Positions 36,890 to 51,075 of a stretch of 64,000 nucleotides of DNA are shown in pieces (within the stretch, counting starts at the first letter, position 1; each line of letters begins with the position of its first letter). The DNA is from Felis catus (lineage: Eukaryota), in the NCBI RefSeq assembly GCF_018350175.1, contig NC_058368.1, positions 27,530,001 through 27,594,000 of the forward strand, written 5' to 3'. The translations under genes and the position numbers were made by a program. Under the pieces are notes generated by a model, which saw only the letters and a program-made list of their open reading frames with translations, did not search any database and had not been told where the DNA came from.

Positions 36890-39800
36890 ACAGCAACAAA
36901 ATCAATGTATTTTACTACATGAATAGAAAAAGACAAAATACAACCATCTCAACAGATTCAGAGACTTAACATCCATTCGTAGTGGGGCAGGGAGGAGAAG
37001 AAACCACTTTGTTAACAAAGAATAGAAGAGAATATCCTTCATCTATTAAGGACTATCCATCCAAACCTCCAGTTATCATCATGGTTAATGGTAACTTGGA
37101 AGATTTTGCTCTGAGATTTGAAATGAATCAAAGATGCTTGGTATCACCACTTATATTCATATTTTAATAAAAGTTCTAGCTAGCTAGTACAATGAAGCCA
37201 GGATGGATAGATAAATTAATAATTAATTAATTAATTAATTAATTTTGGAAAAGAAGAAATAAAACAACCTTTTTCTCTTTTCTTTTTCTTTTTTAAAAAA
37301 TTTTGCAGAAGGCAAGATTATATATGTAGAAAGTCCAAAGTACAAATGTATGCTAGTAAAATTTTAAATCACATTTACAAGGTTATAGGTTTCATCGTAA
37401 ATATGTCAATTGTGACAGTTAATTTTATGTGTCAACCTGATTGGGCTAAAGGCTAGTAAATAGCTAGTAAAACATTATTTCCGGGCGTGTCTATGAAGGT
37501 GGTCCCAGAAGAGATTAGCATTTGAATCGGCAGATTGCTTAAAGATCTTTACCAATAAAGGCAGACATCACTCAATCTTTTGAGTGATATGGCACAAAAA
37601 AAGGTGAAGGAAAGGTAAATTTGCCTTCTCTGAACTAAGATGTCCATCTTCTTCTGCCCTCAGTGCTTCCGGTTTTCAGGTTTTTGTACTCATACACTGG
37701 GACTTACACCACCCGCCCCCTTATTCCCAGGCTTTTTGACTCAGATTGATTAGAACACCCATTTTCCTGGCTCTCCAGCTTGCAGACAGCAGACGAAGAA
37801 AATAGAAAAAAGAAAATAATATTTAAAAGGGATCCCATTTGCAACAACATCCCAAAGCACAACATATCTATGCAAATAACCTCATAAAAGATATGCAAGA
37901 CCTCTACAAATCATTACTGAAGGAAATTTAAGAAATATCTAAATAAATGGAGAAATGTACCACATTTGGACATAACAATTGAGAGCCTCAATATTGTCAA
38001 GATGTTAATTTCCCTAAACTGATTTCATAAGTCTGTGCAATCTGAAACAAAATCCCAACCATTCTTATCGTATAAATTGACAAGGTGATTCTAAATATTA
38101 TAGGGAAATACAAATATCTGTCTACTCTAAGATCACGTAGATGTTGTCCAATGTTCTAGAAATGTTATGTTATCTTTTTAACATTTGGATCTACAACCCA
38201 TAGGGAATTGATTTTTGTGTGGGGGGAGGTGTGAATAGGAGTCAAGTTTTATTTTCTACATGTATATCTTACTTCCCGGGCACCATTTAACTCACTACCA
38301 AGCTAACTGAACAGATTTTGTGGGCACACATAACAAAAAAATATAGACTTTACAAAATTGGTTCGAAAGTCAGGTAACATATATACAAACTACATCTATA
38401 ACAACTATCAACAAGAACAAAATAAACCTCAAGTGTGTGGGAGAAACTGAATTTCAGACTTGCCACATTATTTTACTTAAAACATTCAGTTTCCAACAAA
38501 TTATTATGAGGCATGCATAGAAATCAGAAAGGATGACCCAGGGGCGCCTGGGTGGCGCAGTCGGTTAAGCGTCCGACTTCAGCCAGGTCACGATCTCGCG
38601 GTCCGTGAGTTCGAGCCCCGCGTCGGGCTCTGGGCTGATGGCTCAGAGCCTGGAGCCTGTTTCCGATTCTGTGTCTCCCTCTCTCTCTGCACCTCCCCCG
38701 TTCATGCTCTGTCTCTCTCTGTCCCAAAAATAAATAAACGTTGAAAAAAGAAAATTAAAAAAAAAAAAGAAAGAAAGGATGACCCCAAAAAGTGTGGGGG
38801 GTGGGGGAGAGAAAGAGATAGGAACTGTCCCTGAGAAAGCCTGGATGTTGCACTTAACTAGAAAAAAAAAAAAAAAAACCAAAACTTTACAATTAGGCAT
38901 TTTAAATGTGTCCAAAGAACTAAAGGAAGCCATGTCTAAAGAATTAAAGGAAAATATGAAGATGATGATGTCTTACCAAATAGAGAATATCAATAAGGAC
39001 AAAAAATATAAAAAGAACAAAATTCAAGAGTTGAAAAACAAAAACTGAAATGAGACTACAGTAGTGGGCTCAACAGCTTATTTGAATAGGCAGAATAACG
39101 ATCATCACACTTGAAGATAAGTCAACTAAGATTATCCAGTTTGAGTAACGGGAAGAAAAAAGAATAGAAAAAGAGGAATAGAGACTCAGAAATGTGGACC
39201 ACATCAAGCACACCAATATATGCATAATAGGAAAAGCAGAAGGCTCTATGGTCATAAGAGAGATTGGTCTGCAGTTTTCTAGTAATGTCTTTGTCTAGTT
39301 TTGGTATTAAGGTAATGCTGACCTCATAGAATGTGTTAGGAACTATTCCCTCTGCTTCTATCCCCTGACAGAGATTGTAGAGAATTAGGATAATTCTTCC
39401 TTAAGTGTTTGGTAGGATTCACCAGTGAACTCATCTTGGCCTAGTGCTTTCTGTTTTGAAGGGTTGATTACTGATTGATTCCATTTTTTAAATAGATACA
39501 GGCCTATCCGCATTGTCTACTTTTTCTTGTGTAAGTTTTAGCAAGTTGTTTCTTTCAAGGATTTGGTCCGTTTCATCTAAGCTATCAAACTTGTGAGCAC
39601 AGAGCTGTCCATACTATTCCCTTATTATCCTTTTAATTTCCAGGATATCTGTAGTCATACCCTCAATTTCATTTTTTATACTAGTCGTCTGTGTACCTTC
39701 TCTTTTTTTTTCTCTTTTTTTTTTTACCAGCTAGCCTGGCCAGAGCTTATGGATTTTATTGTTTTTTTCAAAGAACTAGCTTTTGGTTTCCTTGATTTTT

Positions 39801-39955
39801 CTCTATTGATTTCCTGTTTTCAATTTCAATTTCTGCTCAACTTCTTATTTCTTTTTTTTCTGCTTACTTTGGATTTAATTTTCTCCCTCTTTTCCAGTTT
39901 CCTAAGGTAGAATGTTAGATGATTGGTTTTAGATCTTTCTTCTCTTCCAACATAC
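36890..39955. mobile_element. Mosaic of ancient L1M pieces in both orientations, with an MLT2 LTR (~37411-37795) and a SINEC_Fc (38541-38775)
   Basis: Degenerate ORF2 (+) to ~38115; ORF1-like (+) ~38300-39242; ORF2 (-) 39243-39955; MLT2 start tgtgacagttaattttatgtgtcaac; SINE TSD agaaaggatgaccc. Confidence 0.7.
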
Positions 39956-39959
39956 GCAG

Positions 39960-40430
39960 TCAAAATCAGACAAGGGCACTATAAGAAAAGAAAATTACAG
40001 GCCAATATTCCCAACGTAGATGCAGAAATCCTCAGCAAAATACTAGCAAACCAAATTCAACAAAACATCAAATGGATTATATACCATGATCGAGCTGGAC
40101 TTATTTCAGGGATATAAGGATGGTTCAACATCCATAAATCAATCAGTGTGGTACATTAACAACAAAATGAAGGATAAAAAATATATGATCATCTCAGTAG
40201 ATGCAGAAAAAGCATTTGACAAAATTCAATATCTATTCATAATAGAAACCATAAAAACTTACATATAGAAGAAATTTATTTCAATATAATTAAAGCCATA
40301 TATGATAAGCCCACAATTAACATCACACTCAACAGTGAAAAGCTTTTTGTCTAAAATCAGGAATAAGACAAGTATGCCCACTCTTACCACTTCCATTCAA
40401 CGCAGTTCTGGAAGTACTAGTCAGGGTAAT

Positions 40431-40473
<43 letters not shown>

Positions 40474-42052
40474 ATGGCGTCCAAGTCAGAAAGGAAAAAG
40501 AAAAATTCTTTTTTTGCAGATGATCTGATCTTATAGATAGGAGTCCCTGAAGACACCACCAAAACACTTAGAACTAATGAATGAATTTAACTAAGTGGCT
40601 CGACTCAAAACCAACATACAAACATACAACATACAAAAATCGGTTGCATTTCTATCTACTAACAACAAACTGTCTAAAAAGGAAAGAAAACAATTCTATT
40701 CACAATAATATCAAAAAGAATAAAATACTTAGAAATAAATTTAACCAAGAAGATGCAAGATCTGTGCACTGAAAACTATAAAACATTGATGAAAAATTAA
40801 GGAAGAAACAAATAAATGGAAAGATAGCCCCTTTTCATGGATTGGAAGATTTCATATTGTTAAAATGTCCACACCACCCAAAGTGATCTGCAGATTCAAT
40901 GCAATCTGTATCAAAATTCCAATGGTACTTTTCACAGAAATAGAAAAAAAATTCTAGAAGTCATATGGAACTGGAGACCCCAAATAGCCAAAGCAATCTT
41001 AAGGCAAGAACACCACAGCTGGAAGCTGTGTATATACAAAATATACAGAAGCTATAGTAATCAAAACGGTATGGTACTGAAATAAAAACAGACATACAGA
41101 CCAATGGAACATAACGCAGAGCCCAGAAATAAATCTAGTCTTTATGGTCATCTGATCTTCAATTAGGGTGCCCAAAACACACAATAGGGAAATAGTAGTC
41201 CCTTTGATGAATGGTGTTAGAAAAACTGGATATCCACATGCAGAAGAATTATATTGGCTGTTTTCTCACACAATATACAAAAATCAATTAAAAATGGATT
41301 AAAGTCTTAAATGTAAGACCAAAAACTGTAAAAGCACTGGGAGAAAACAGAGGGAAAAATCCTCATGGCAATGGTCTAGGCAATGATTTTTTTTGATATT
41401 ACCCCAAAAGCAAAAATGGACAAGTGGGATTGCTTCAATCTAAAAAACTTACAACCAGTGAAGGAAACAATCGACAGAATGAAAAGACAGCCTAACAAAC
41501 TAGAGAACGTGTTTGTAAATCGTATATCCGATAAGGGGTTAATGTCCAAAATATTAAATATTTTTACATTTAATATTCATACAACTCAGTAGCAAAACAA
41601 CCAAATTACCCAATTTAAAATGTGCAAAGGACATCAATAGACATTTCTCAAAAGAAGATATACAAATGGCCATCAGGTATGTGATAAGGTGCTAATCATC
41701 AGGGAGATACAAATCAAAACCACAGTGTGATCTCTCTTCACACCTGTTAGAATGGCTATTATCAGAAAAGTAAAAGATAAATGTTGGTGAGGATGTGGAA
41801 GAAAGGGAACCCTTGTACACTGTTGATGGAAATGTAAATTGGCACAGCCACTATGGAAAACAGTATGGAGTTTCCTCAAAAAATTAAAAATGGAACCCCC
41901 GTGAGATCCAGCAACCCCACTTTTTAGTATATATCCAGAGGAAATGAGGTCACTACCTTGAAGTAATATGTACACTCCCAAGTTTATTGCAACATTATTC
42001 ACTAGGTTTGGGAAACTTACCTAAATGTCGCCAGATGAATGGTTAAAAAATA
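39960..42052 (+). mobile_element. Old L1 (L1MA-like) ORF2 fragment containing (GATA)n at ~40431-40472
   Basis: DAEILSKILANQIQQ, MIISVDAEKAFDKIQ and MKRQP motifs. Confidence 0.88.
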
Positions 42053-42450
42053 TGTGTGTGTGTGTGTGTGTGTATACACATATATATATATATATACACA
42101 TATACACATATATATACATACACACATATATATACACACACATACATACATATTTTTATATAAATATAAAATATACAATATTATATATAATTTTGATATA
42201 AATATAAAATATATAATATAAATTTAAATATATATTTTTTAAATATATACACATATGTGTATATATATATATACACATATATATACATACACACATATAT
42301 TTTTAAGAGTCTCATGCTCTACCGACTGAGCTAGCCGGGCGCCCAGACACACATATATTTTTATATAAATATAAAATATATAATATTACATATAATTGAT
42401 ATATAAATATAAAATATGTAATATAAATTTAAATATATATATATTTTTTA
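42053..42450. repeat. (TG)n/(TA)n/(CA)n low-complexity tract with a duplicated AT-rich unit
   Basis: catatttttatataaatataaaatata...aatataaatttaaatatata occurs at ~42148-42240 and again at ~42352-42448. Confidence 0.85.
42303..42340 (-). pseudogene. 5' half of tRNA-Lys(CTT), tailless retropseudogene
   Basis: Minus strand GCCCGGCTAGCTCAGTCGGTAGAGCATGAGACTCTTAA matches nt 1-38 of mammalian tRNA-Lys-CTT as recalled; flanked by acacacatatattttt repeats. Confidence 0.85.
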
Positions 42451-42810
42451 ATTTTTTTAACGTTTTTTATTTATTTTTGGGACAGAGAGAGACAGAGCAT
42501 GAACGGGGGAGGGGCAGAGAGAGAGAGAGACGCAGAATCGGAAACAGGCTCCAGGCTCCGAGCCATCAGCCCGGAGCCTGACACGGGGCTCGAACTCACG
42601 GACCGCGAGATCGTGACCTGGGTGAAGTCGGTCGCTTAACCGACTGCGCCACCCAGGCGCCCCTAAATATATATATATTTTTAAATGTATATATTATTAC
42701 ATGTAGAGCCTGTAGCCTGCTTGGGATTCTGTCTCCCTCTCTCTCTGCCCCTCCACCACTCATGCCCTGATTCTGTCTCTCAAAAATGAATAAATGTTAA
42801 AAAAAAAAAA
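42445..42810. mobile_element. Young SINEC_Fc (42445-42663, -) and a SINE 3' fragment (42705-42810, +)
   Basis: Near-consensus SINEC_Fc body; CT tract and A tail for the fragment. Confidence 0.88.
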
Positions 42811-43632
42811 AGACAACCCAATTTTAAAAATGGGAAAGCATCTGAATAGACATCTCTCCAAAGGAGATATGCTAGTGGCCAATAAGCACATGAAATGATT
42901 CTCAATATCACTAATCATTAGGGAAATGCAAATCAAGTCAGAGTGAGATACGACTTCACATCCACTAAATTGCTATAATTAAAAAAATGGACACTAACAA
43001 GGCAGTTTGTGGAGAAACTGGAGACATCATCATTGCTGGTAAGAATGAAAAACAGCTGCTTTGGAAAACAGTGTAGTAATTCCTCAAAACATTAAACAGA
43101 ATAGCTCTATGACCCAGTAATTCCATTCCTAAGTATATACCCAAAAGAACTTTTGAAAACATATGCCATAAAAAATTGTGGATCAATGTTCATTGAAGTA
43201 TTATTTTTGGTAGCCAAAAGACAGATACAAATGTACATCAACTAATGAATGGATAAGCAAATGGTTACAATAGACTATTATTCAGTCATAAAAAGGAATC
43301 AAAGTTGTGGTAAATCCGACACAGTGGATGAATTAAAAAAAAATTCACTAAGTGATAGAAGCTAGAGACATAACACAACTAATTATATTATTTCACTTAC
43401 ATAAAATGTCCAGAATAGACAAATACATTCAAGCATAGATCAGTGATTTCCAGTGACTATGAGGAGGAGAAACTAGGAAGTGACTGCTAATTGACATGGA
43501 CTTTTCAGAATATGAAAATATTCTGAAATTAGATAGTGGTGATATTTGCAAAGCATTGTAAATATACTTTAAAAAATCACTGAATTACACAATATTTAAA
43601 AGTGAGCTTTGTGATATATGAATTAGATCTTA
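42811..43632 (+). mobile_element. Old L1MB/MC-like 3' end
   Basis: catctctccaaaggagatat, gtccagaatagacaaatac, gatagtggtgatatttgc and gtgatatatgaatta. Confidence 0.75.
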
Positions 43633-43643
43633 AAAATGTATAT

Positions 43644-46600
43644 GTGTTTTTCTTTTCAAAATTTTATTTAAATTCTAATTACTTAACATACAGTGCAATA
43701 TTGGTTTCAGAAGTAGAATTCAGTGATTCATCACTTACAACATCCAGTGCTCATCATAACAAGTGCTCTCCTTAATACCCATCACCTATTTAGCTCAGCC
43801 CCCCAGCTACCTCCCTCTATCAACCCTCACTTTGTTCTCTATAGTTAAAAGTCTCTTATGGTTTGCCTCCTTTTATGTTTTTATCTTATTTTTCCTTCCC
43901 CTCCCCTATGTTCATCTGTTATGTTTCTTAAACTCTACATATGGGTAAAAACATATGGTATTTGTCTTTCTCTGACTGACTTACCTCACTTAGCATAATA
44001 CACTGTAGTTCCATCCACATCATTGTAAATGGTAAGACTTCATAGCTGAGTAATTCCATTGTGTGTGTGTGTGTGTGTGCATGCGCATCACATCTTCTTT
44101 ATCCATTCATCAGTTCATGAACATTTGGGCTTTTTTCATGATTTGGCTACTGTTGATAATGCTGCTACAAACATTGGGGTGCATGCACCCCTTTGGATCA
44201 GTATTTTTGTATCCTTTGGATAAATACCTAGTAGTGCAATTGCTGTGTCATAGAGTGTCTATCTTGACTTTCTAAGGAACCTCCACACTGTTTTCCAGAA
44301 TGGCTGTACCAGTTTGCATTCCCATCAACAGTATAACAGGGCTCTCCTTTCTCCACATCCTCACCAACATCTGTTGTTTCCTAGCTTGTTAATTTTAGCC
44401 ATTCTGACAGGTATGAGGTGATGTCTTATTGTGGTTTTGATTTGTATTTCCATGATGATGAATGCTGTTGAGCATTTTTTTCATGTGTCTGTTAGCCATT
44501 TGTATATTTTCTTTGGAGAAATGTCTGTTTATGTCTTTTGCCCATTTTTTAACTGGATTATTTACTTTTGGGGTGTTGAATTTGATAAGATCTTTACAGA
44601 TTCTGGATACTAGCCCTTTATTCAATATGTCATTTGCAAATACCGCCTCCCATTCTGTAGGCTGCCTTTTAGTTCTGTTGATTGTTTCCTTCGCTGTGCA
44701 GGTTTTTATCTTGATGAAGTCCCAATAGTTCATGTTTGCCTTTGTTTCCCTAGCCTTTAGCAAAGTGTCTAGTAAGAAGTTGCTCCTGCCGAGGACAAAG
44801 AAGTTGCTGTGTTCTCCTCTAGGATTCTGATGGTTTGCAGTCTCACATTTAGGTCTTTCATTCATTTTGAATTTATTTCTGTGTATGGTGTAAGAAGGTG
44901 GTCCAGTTTCATCCTGCATGTTGCTGTCCAGTTCTCCCAATACCATTTGTTGAGGAGACTGTCTTTTTTCCATTGGATATTCTTACCTGCTTTGTCAAAG
45001 ATGAGCTGACCATATAGCTGTGGGTCCATTTCTGGATTTTCTATTCTGTGCCTTTGATATATGTGTCTGTTTTTCTGCCAATACCACGCTGTCTTGATGA
45101 TTACAGATTTGTAATACACCTTGAAGTCTGGAATTGTGATGCATCCCACTTTCCTTTTCTTTTTCAACATTACTTTGTCTATTTGGGGTCATCTTTGGTT
45201 CCATACAAATTTTAGAATACTTTGTTCTAGCTCTGTGAAAAATGCTGGTGTGTTTTTTTCGATAGGGATTGCATCGAATCTGTAGATTACTTTGGGTAGT
45301 ATAGACATTTTAACAATATTTGTTCTTCCTATCCATGAGAGTGGAATATTTTTCCATTTCTTTTTGTCTTCTTCAATTTCTTTCTTAAGTGTTCTATAGT
45401 TTTCAGAGTATAGATCTTTTACCTCTTTAGTTAGGTTTATTCCTAGATATCTTATGGATTTTGATGCAATTGTAAATGGGAAGATCCCTTGATTTCTCTT
45501 TCTGCCGCTTCATTATTGATGTGTAGAAATGCAACAGATTTTTGTGTGCTGGTTTTATATCCTGTGACTTCGCTGAATTCATGTATTGGCTCTAGCAATT
45601 TTTTAGTGGAGTCTTTTGGGTTTTCCAGGTAGAGTATCATGTTGTCTGTGAAGAGGAAAGTTTGGCTTCTTCCTTGCTGATTTGGATGCTTTTTATTTCT
45701 TTTTGTTATCTGATTGCTGAGGCTAGGACTTCCAGTACTATGTTGAACAACAGTGGTGAGACTGGACATCCCTATTGTGTTCCTGACCTTAGGGGGAAAG
45801 ATCTCAGTTTTTCCCTTTGAGGATGATATTAGGTGTGGGTATTTCATATAGGGCCTTTATGATCTTGAGGTATGTTCCTTCTATCCCTACTTTTTTGAGG
45901 GTTTTTTTATCAAGAAAAGGTGCTGTATTTTGTCAAATGTTTTTCGGCGTGTATTGAAAGAATCATACGGTTTTCATCCCTTCTTTTAGGAGTCTAGTGC
46001 ATTACGTTGATTGATTTGTGGGTGTTGAACCACTCCTGCATCCCAGGAATAAATCCCAGTTGATCATGGTGAATAATTCTTTTAATGTCCTGTTGGATTC
46101 AATTTGCTAGTATCTTCTTGAGAATTTTTGCATTGATGTTCATCAGGGATGTTGGTCTGTAATTCTCCTTTTTAGTGGGGTCTTTGTTTGGTTTGGTAAT
46201 ACTGGTATTATAGAATGAGTTTGGAAGTTTTCCTTCCATTTCTATTTTTTGGAAAAGACTGAGAAGAATAGATACTAATTCTTCTTTAAATGTTTGGTAG
46301 AATTCCTCTAGGAAGCCATCCAGCCCTGGGCTCTTGTTTGTTGGGAAATTCTTGACTACTGATTCGATTTCTTTGCTGATTATGGAACTGTTTAGATCTT
46401 CTATTTCTTCCTGTTTCAGTTTTGGTAGTTTTTATGTTTGTAGGAATTTGTCCATTTCTTCCAGATTGCCCAATTTGTTGGCATATAATTGCTCATGATA
46501 TCCTCTTAAAATTGTTTGTATTTCTGCAGTGTTGGTTGTAATCTCTCTTCTTTCATTCATGATTTTATCTACTTGGGGCCTTTCTCTTTTCTTTTTGATA

Positions 46601-49600
46601 AGTCTGGCTAGGGGTTTATCAATCTTGTTAATTCTCTCAAAAAACCAGCTCCTAGTTCTGTTGATCTGTCCTACTGTTTTTTGTGTTTTGTTTTTTGTTT
46701 TCACTATAATTGATTTCTGCTCTAATCTTTAGTATTTCCCTTCTGCTGCTTTTGGATCGTATTTGCTGTTCTATTAGGTTGTATATCTGAGACTTTTCTT
46801 CTTCTTTAGAAAGCCCTCTATGGCTATATACTTCCCTCTTATGACTGCCTTTGCTGCATCCCAAAGGTTTTGGACTGTTGTGTTTTCATTTTCATTAGCT
46901 TCATTGGCTTCATTGGAAATTTTTAAATTTCTTCTTTAATTTCCTGGCGAACCCATTCATTTTTTAGTAGGATGTTCTTTAACTTCCACATCTTTCTTCC
47001 ATGTATTTGTGGTCTTTCCAAATTTTTTTTTGGTTGACTTCAAGTTTCACAGCATTGCGCTCTGAAAATATGCATGTACGATCTCAATCTTCTTGTACCA
47101 ATCGCGGCCTGATTTGTGACCCAGTATGTGATCTATTCTGGAGAATGTTCCTTGTACAACTGAAAACAATGTGCTGTTTCAGGGTGAAATGTTCTGAATA
47201 TATCTGTTTACATCCATCTGGACCAGTGTGTCATTCAAAAACATTGTTTCCTTGTTAATTTGCTAAGATGATCTGTCCATTGTTGTAAGTGGGGTATTAA
47301 AGTCCCTTACTATTATTGTATTATTACCAATGAGTTTCTTTAAGTTTATTATTAATTGATATATTTGGCTTCTTTCAAGTTGGGGGCATAAATATTTACA
47401 GCTGTTAGATCTTCTTGTCGGATAGACCCCTTTATTATGATATAGTGCCCTTCTTCATCTCTTATTATAGTCTTTGGTTTAAAATCCAGTTTGTCTGATA
47501 GAAGTATGACTACTCCAGCTTTCTTTTGATGTCCATTAGCATGTAAATAGTTCTCCACCCTTTACTTTCAATCTGGAGGTGTCTTTGGATCTAAAATGAG
47601 TCTCTTGTAAGCAGCATATTGATGGGTCTTTTTATCCATTCTGATACCCTATGTCTTTTGATTGGAGCATTTAGTCCATTTACATTTAGAATAATTATTG
47701 ATAAATATGAATTTAGTGTCATTGTATTACCTATAAAGTTGCTGTTCCTGTAGATTGTTTCTGTTCCTCTCTAGTCTTTGGTGCTCTTGGTCTCTCTTTC
47801 TCAAAGCGTCCCCTTTAATAAGCAGTGCTGGTTTAGCGTTCACAAACTCCTTTAGTTTTTGCTTGGCTTGGAAACTCTTTAGCTCTCTTTTTATTCTGAA
47901 TGACAGCCTTGCTGGCTAAAGTATTCTTGGCTGCATATTTTCCCCATTAGCACACTGAATATTTCATGCCACTACTCCCTTCTGGCCTGCGAAGTTTCTG
48001 TGGACAGATCAGCTGTGAACCTGATCTGTCTTCCCTTGTAGGTTAAGAACCTTTGTCCCTAGCTGCTTTCAGAATTCTCTCTTTATCTTTGTATTTTGCA
48101 AGTTTCACTATGATATGTCTTAGTGTTGACCTATTTGATTTTGAGGGGAGTTCTCTGTGCCTCTTGAACTTGAATTCCTGTTTCCTTCCCCAGATTAGGG
48201 AAGTTCTCAGCTACAATTTGTTTATTTATTTTTTTTAATTTTTTTTCAACTTTTTTTAATTTATTTTTTGGGACAGAGAGAGACAGAGCATGAACGGGGG
48301 AGGGGCAGAGAGAGAGGGAGACACAGAATCGGAAGCAGGCTCCAGGCTCCGAGCCATCAGCCCAGAGCCCGACGCGGGGCTCGAACTCACGGACCGCGAG
48401 ATCGTGACCTGGCTGAAGTCGGACGCTTAACCGACTGTGCCACCCAGGCGCCCCAGCTACAATTTGTTTAAATAAACCTCTCATCCCTTTTCCATGCCTT
48501 TCTTCTTCTGGGACTCCTATAATACAGGTATTATTGTGCTTCATAGAATCACTGATTTCCCTAAATCTATGTTTGTGATCTAATAGTTTTATTCCATCTC
48601 CTTTTCAGCTTTATTATTTTCCATAGTTTTATGTCCTGTATCATCTATTCAGTCCTCTGCTTCTTCCATCCTCATTGTAATTGCATCCAGGCAGTTTTGT
48701 ACCTCAATTATAGCATTTTTTATTTGGGCCTAATTTTTAGGTCTTTTTTTCCTGCAGCAAGGGTTTCTCTGGAGTCTTTTATACTTTTTTTTCAAGCCCA
48801 ACTAGTATTCTTATGACTGTTGTTCTAAATTCTTGTTCAGATATATTACTCGTATCTGTTTTGAGCAAATCCCTTACTGTGGTTTCTTCTTTATCTTACT
48901 TTGGGGGAGAATGCCTCCATCTTGTCATTTTGTCTAGGATTCTGTCATTTGTGCATTATGAAAACTTGTTATATTTCCTGCTCCTGAGAGTAATGCTATA
49001 CTAAGAAGGGGTTGTATGCTCTCCAAGGCCTGGAGCTTCAGGAAGTGTTTCCAGTATGTGCTGGGTGCACTCTGCTGTGGTGACGCAGCCTCTTTTGTGG
49101 TGGGGTTTGGTGTAAGTGGCTCCGGCCTTGACTGAGGGCCCTGTGTGGCTCACTGAAGTCTGACTCTGCTGGTGAGTGGAGGAAGATCGCATCACCCAGC
49201 TCTCTCCAGAGGAGAAGTTTGCGGCACTGCACCTGGTGCCATTCTGTCCCAGAAAATAGTTGCATAGCTGTGCAGGTGCCTGGAGTTTATGGTGACGCAC
49301 AGCAAAAAGCTGTGACCACTCTATCCACGCGCTATGCACGCCTCTGTCCTGTTGTTGAATAGTCGCTCAAAGGCATAGGCCGGGCCTTTCGTCCCTAGGC
49401 AATATACCGTCTTCCAAATGCACTCCAGGGAGGGGAACTTTCTCTCCCAGTGCAACCCAGCAGGGATCCCCACAGCACACTGTCCACTGTCTGTTGCTGG
49501 GCCCCCCTCCTTCTCCCCAGGAGGACTGCCACCTGCCCAGATCTAGTCCAGTGAGCAGCGAAGGACTTCCAAAACCTCAGAATTTCAGCTCCACTGTTCG

Positions 49601-49939
49601 TGAAAACTTGCAATACTCGGTTCTTCATGATTCCCCCATCAATGGTTTTGGGGAGTGCTTTTCTTGCACAAACCCGATGCGCTGCTTTCTCTCCCCCTCT
49701 CTCTTTTTCCTCTCCACGGAAAGGGCTCCCACTGGCCTTGCGGCTTTTTGCTACTCCAATTACCCTCTCCATAGCGCATACCTGCCACATCGTCTCCCTC
49801 AAATTACACAGATTGTTCTTGTAATCCTCAGATCATTTTCCTCGATATGCAAAATGATTTGTTGTCCAGCTAGCTGCGTTCGAAGAATAAGACGAGCCCA
49901 GGATCCCCCTGTGACTCTAGCATCCTAACTCCTCCCCCG
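43644..49939 (-). mobile_element. Full-length carnivore L1 (5' UTR, ORF1, ORF2, 3' UTR), inactive, with a SINEC_Fc in ORF1 (48225-48453)
   Basis: 5' end gggggaggagttaggatg on the minus strand; ORF1 IVAENFPNLGKE; EN HANGHQKKAGVVILLSDKLDFK...NIYAPN; aaaatgtatat TSD at 43633-43643 and 49940-49950; SINE TSD cagctacaatttgttta. Confidence 0.95.
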
Positions 49940-50489
49940 AAAATGTATATTTTTTAGATAGTTATCAAGGTCCATGTTGGTTTTCCCCAGAGTAAACATG
50001 CCCAGTCCTGTCAGTCGTTCCTCATACCATTAATTCAAACTTCTGTGTAACGGTGAGTAATTTTCTTTGAGGATATTCCTACAATTTATTCTGAGGCGAC
50101 TAAAGAGTGTAGTATTATTGTCTGATCAGTATAAAATAGAAAGGAGCTAATATCTAGTTTCAGACTCTGTATTTCTATTATGACAGCTGAAGATTATGTT
50201 GTATACCTTCAGCACGTCAACTCATATTGACCTTACTGTCATGTTAAGAGTTGAAGTCATTTTTCACATATCATCAATTCTATACTTGTAAGATTGGCTT
50301 TTGGGATACGAGTGTAGGAGTTTCCATTGGGCCCTATAAAACTTTAGCTTTATTTTGGCCCAGATTCTAAATTTTTTAGTTATTTTTTAGATTCCTATGT
50401 TACCATCGGGTACACAATATATCTCTTCCTGTTGCCTCCCAGCTCCTAATTTCATCAACATATTAACCGTGTCCTCATGCAGCTAATTT

Positions 50490-50585
50490 GTTTAAGTAGG
50501 CTCCGTGCCCAAAGTGGGGGCTCAAACTCATAGCCCCAAGATCAAGAGTCACACACTATTCTGACAGAGCCAGGCACATGCCCTC
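50490..50585 (-). mobile_element. Short tRNA-Lys-like old carnivore SINE
   Basis: aagtaggctccgtgcccaaagtgggggctcaaactcatagccccaagatcaagagtcac. Confidence 0.7.
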
Positions 50586-50694
50586 GCATCCGGATCACCA
50601 ACAGGTAGAGAGTAGAGCCTCGTCATATACTACCGTACCCTTTTCTCCCGATAATGGCAACAGTTCACTGGTTGATGGTCTTTCAACATTTTTG

Positions 50695-51075
50695 TACATA
50701 AATTAGGATATGCTGTTGTGACAAATACATCCGCAAATATCAGTGACTTAACAAGAAATTTAATTATCATTCATGTCTCAGTCCAGTGTATTTGGGCAAC
50801 TCTCCTAGGTCGTTCGCCTCTATGCAACACCCAGGGAACTGGGCTGGTGGCCGTCTCTTTACCCTGCACATGCAAAGGGCACAGAAAGAGCGAGCTAAGA
50901 TTCTCACGGGCGATTTCATGAAGCAGGTTTGCAAGTGGCCTATATTACTTTTGCCCACATCCTCTGGGCTGTTATCAGTCACGTGGCCTCAAACTAACTG
51001 CTGGGAAATGTAGTCTCTCTGTGTATTGATGAGCAGTCCTATATAAAGAAATAGTATTAATGAGCATATAGCCAT
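50695..51075 (-). mobile_element. Old MLT1-type LTR
   Basis: tgctgttgtgacaaat...cagtgacttaaca; agtcacgtggcctcaaactaactgctgggaaatgtagtct. Confidence 0.55.

Noticed and set aside
39243..40030. Inverted L1 piece next to a forward piece starting at nearly the same ORF2 position, resembling twin priming
   Set aside because: The overlapping ~60 bp differ considerably and look like different L1 subfamilies; no TSD found.
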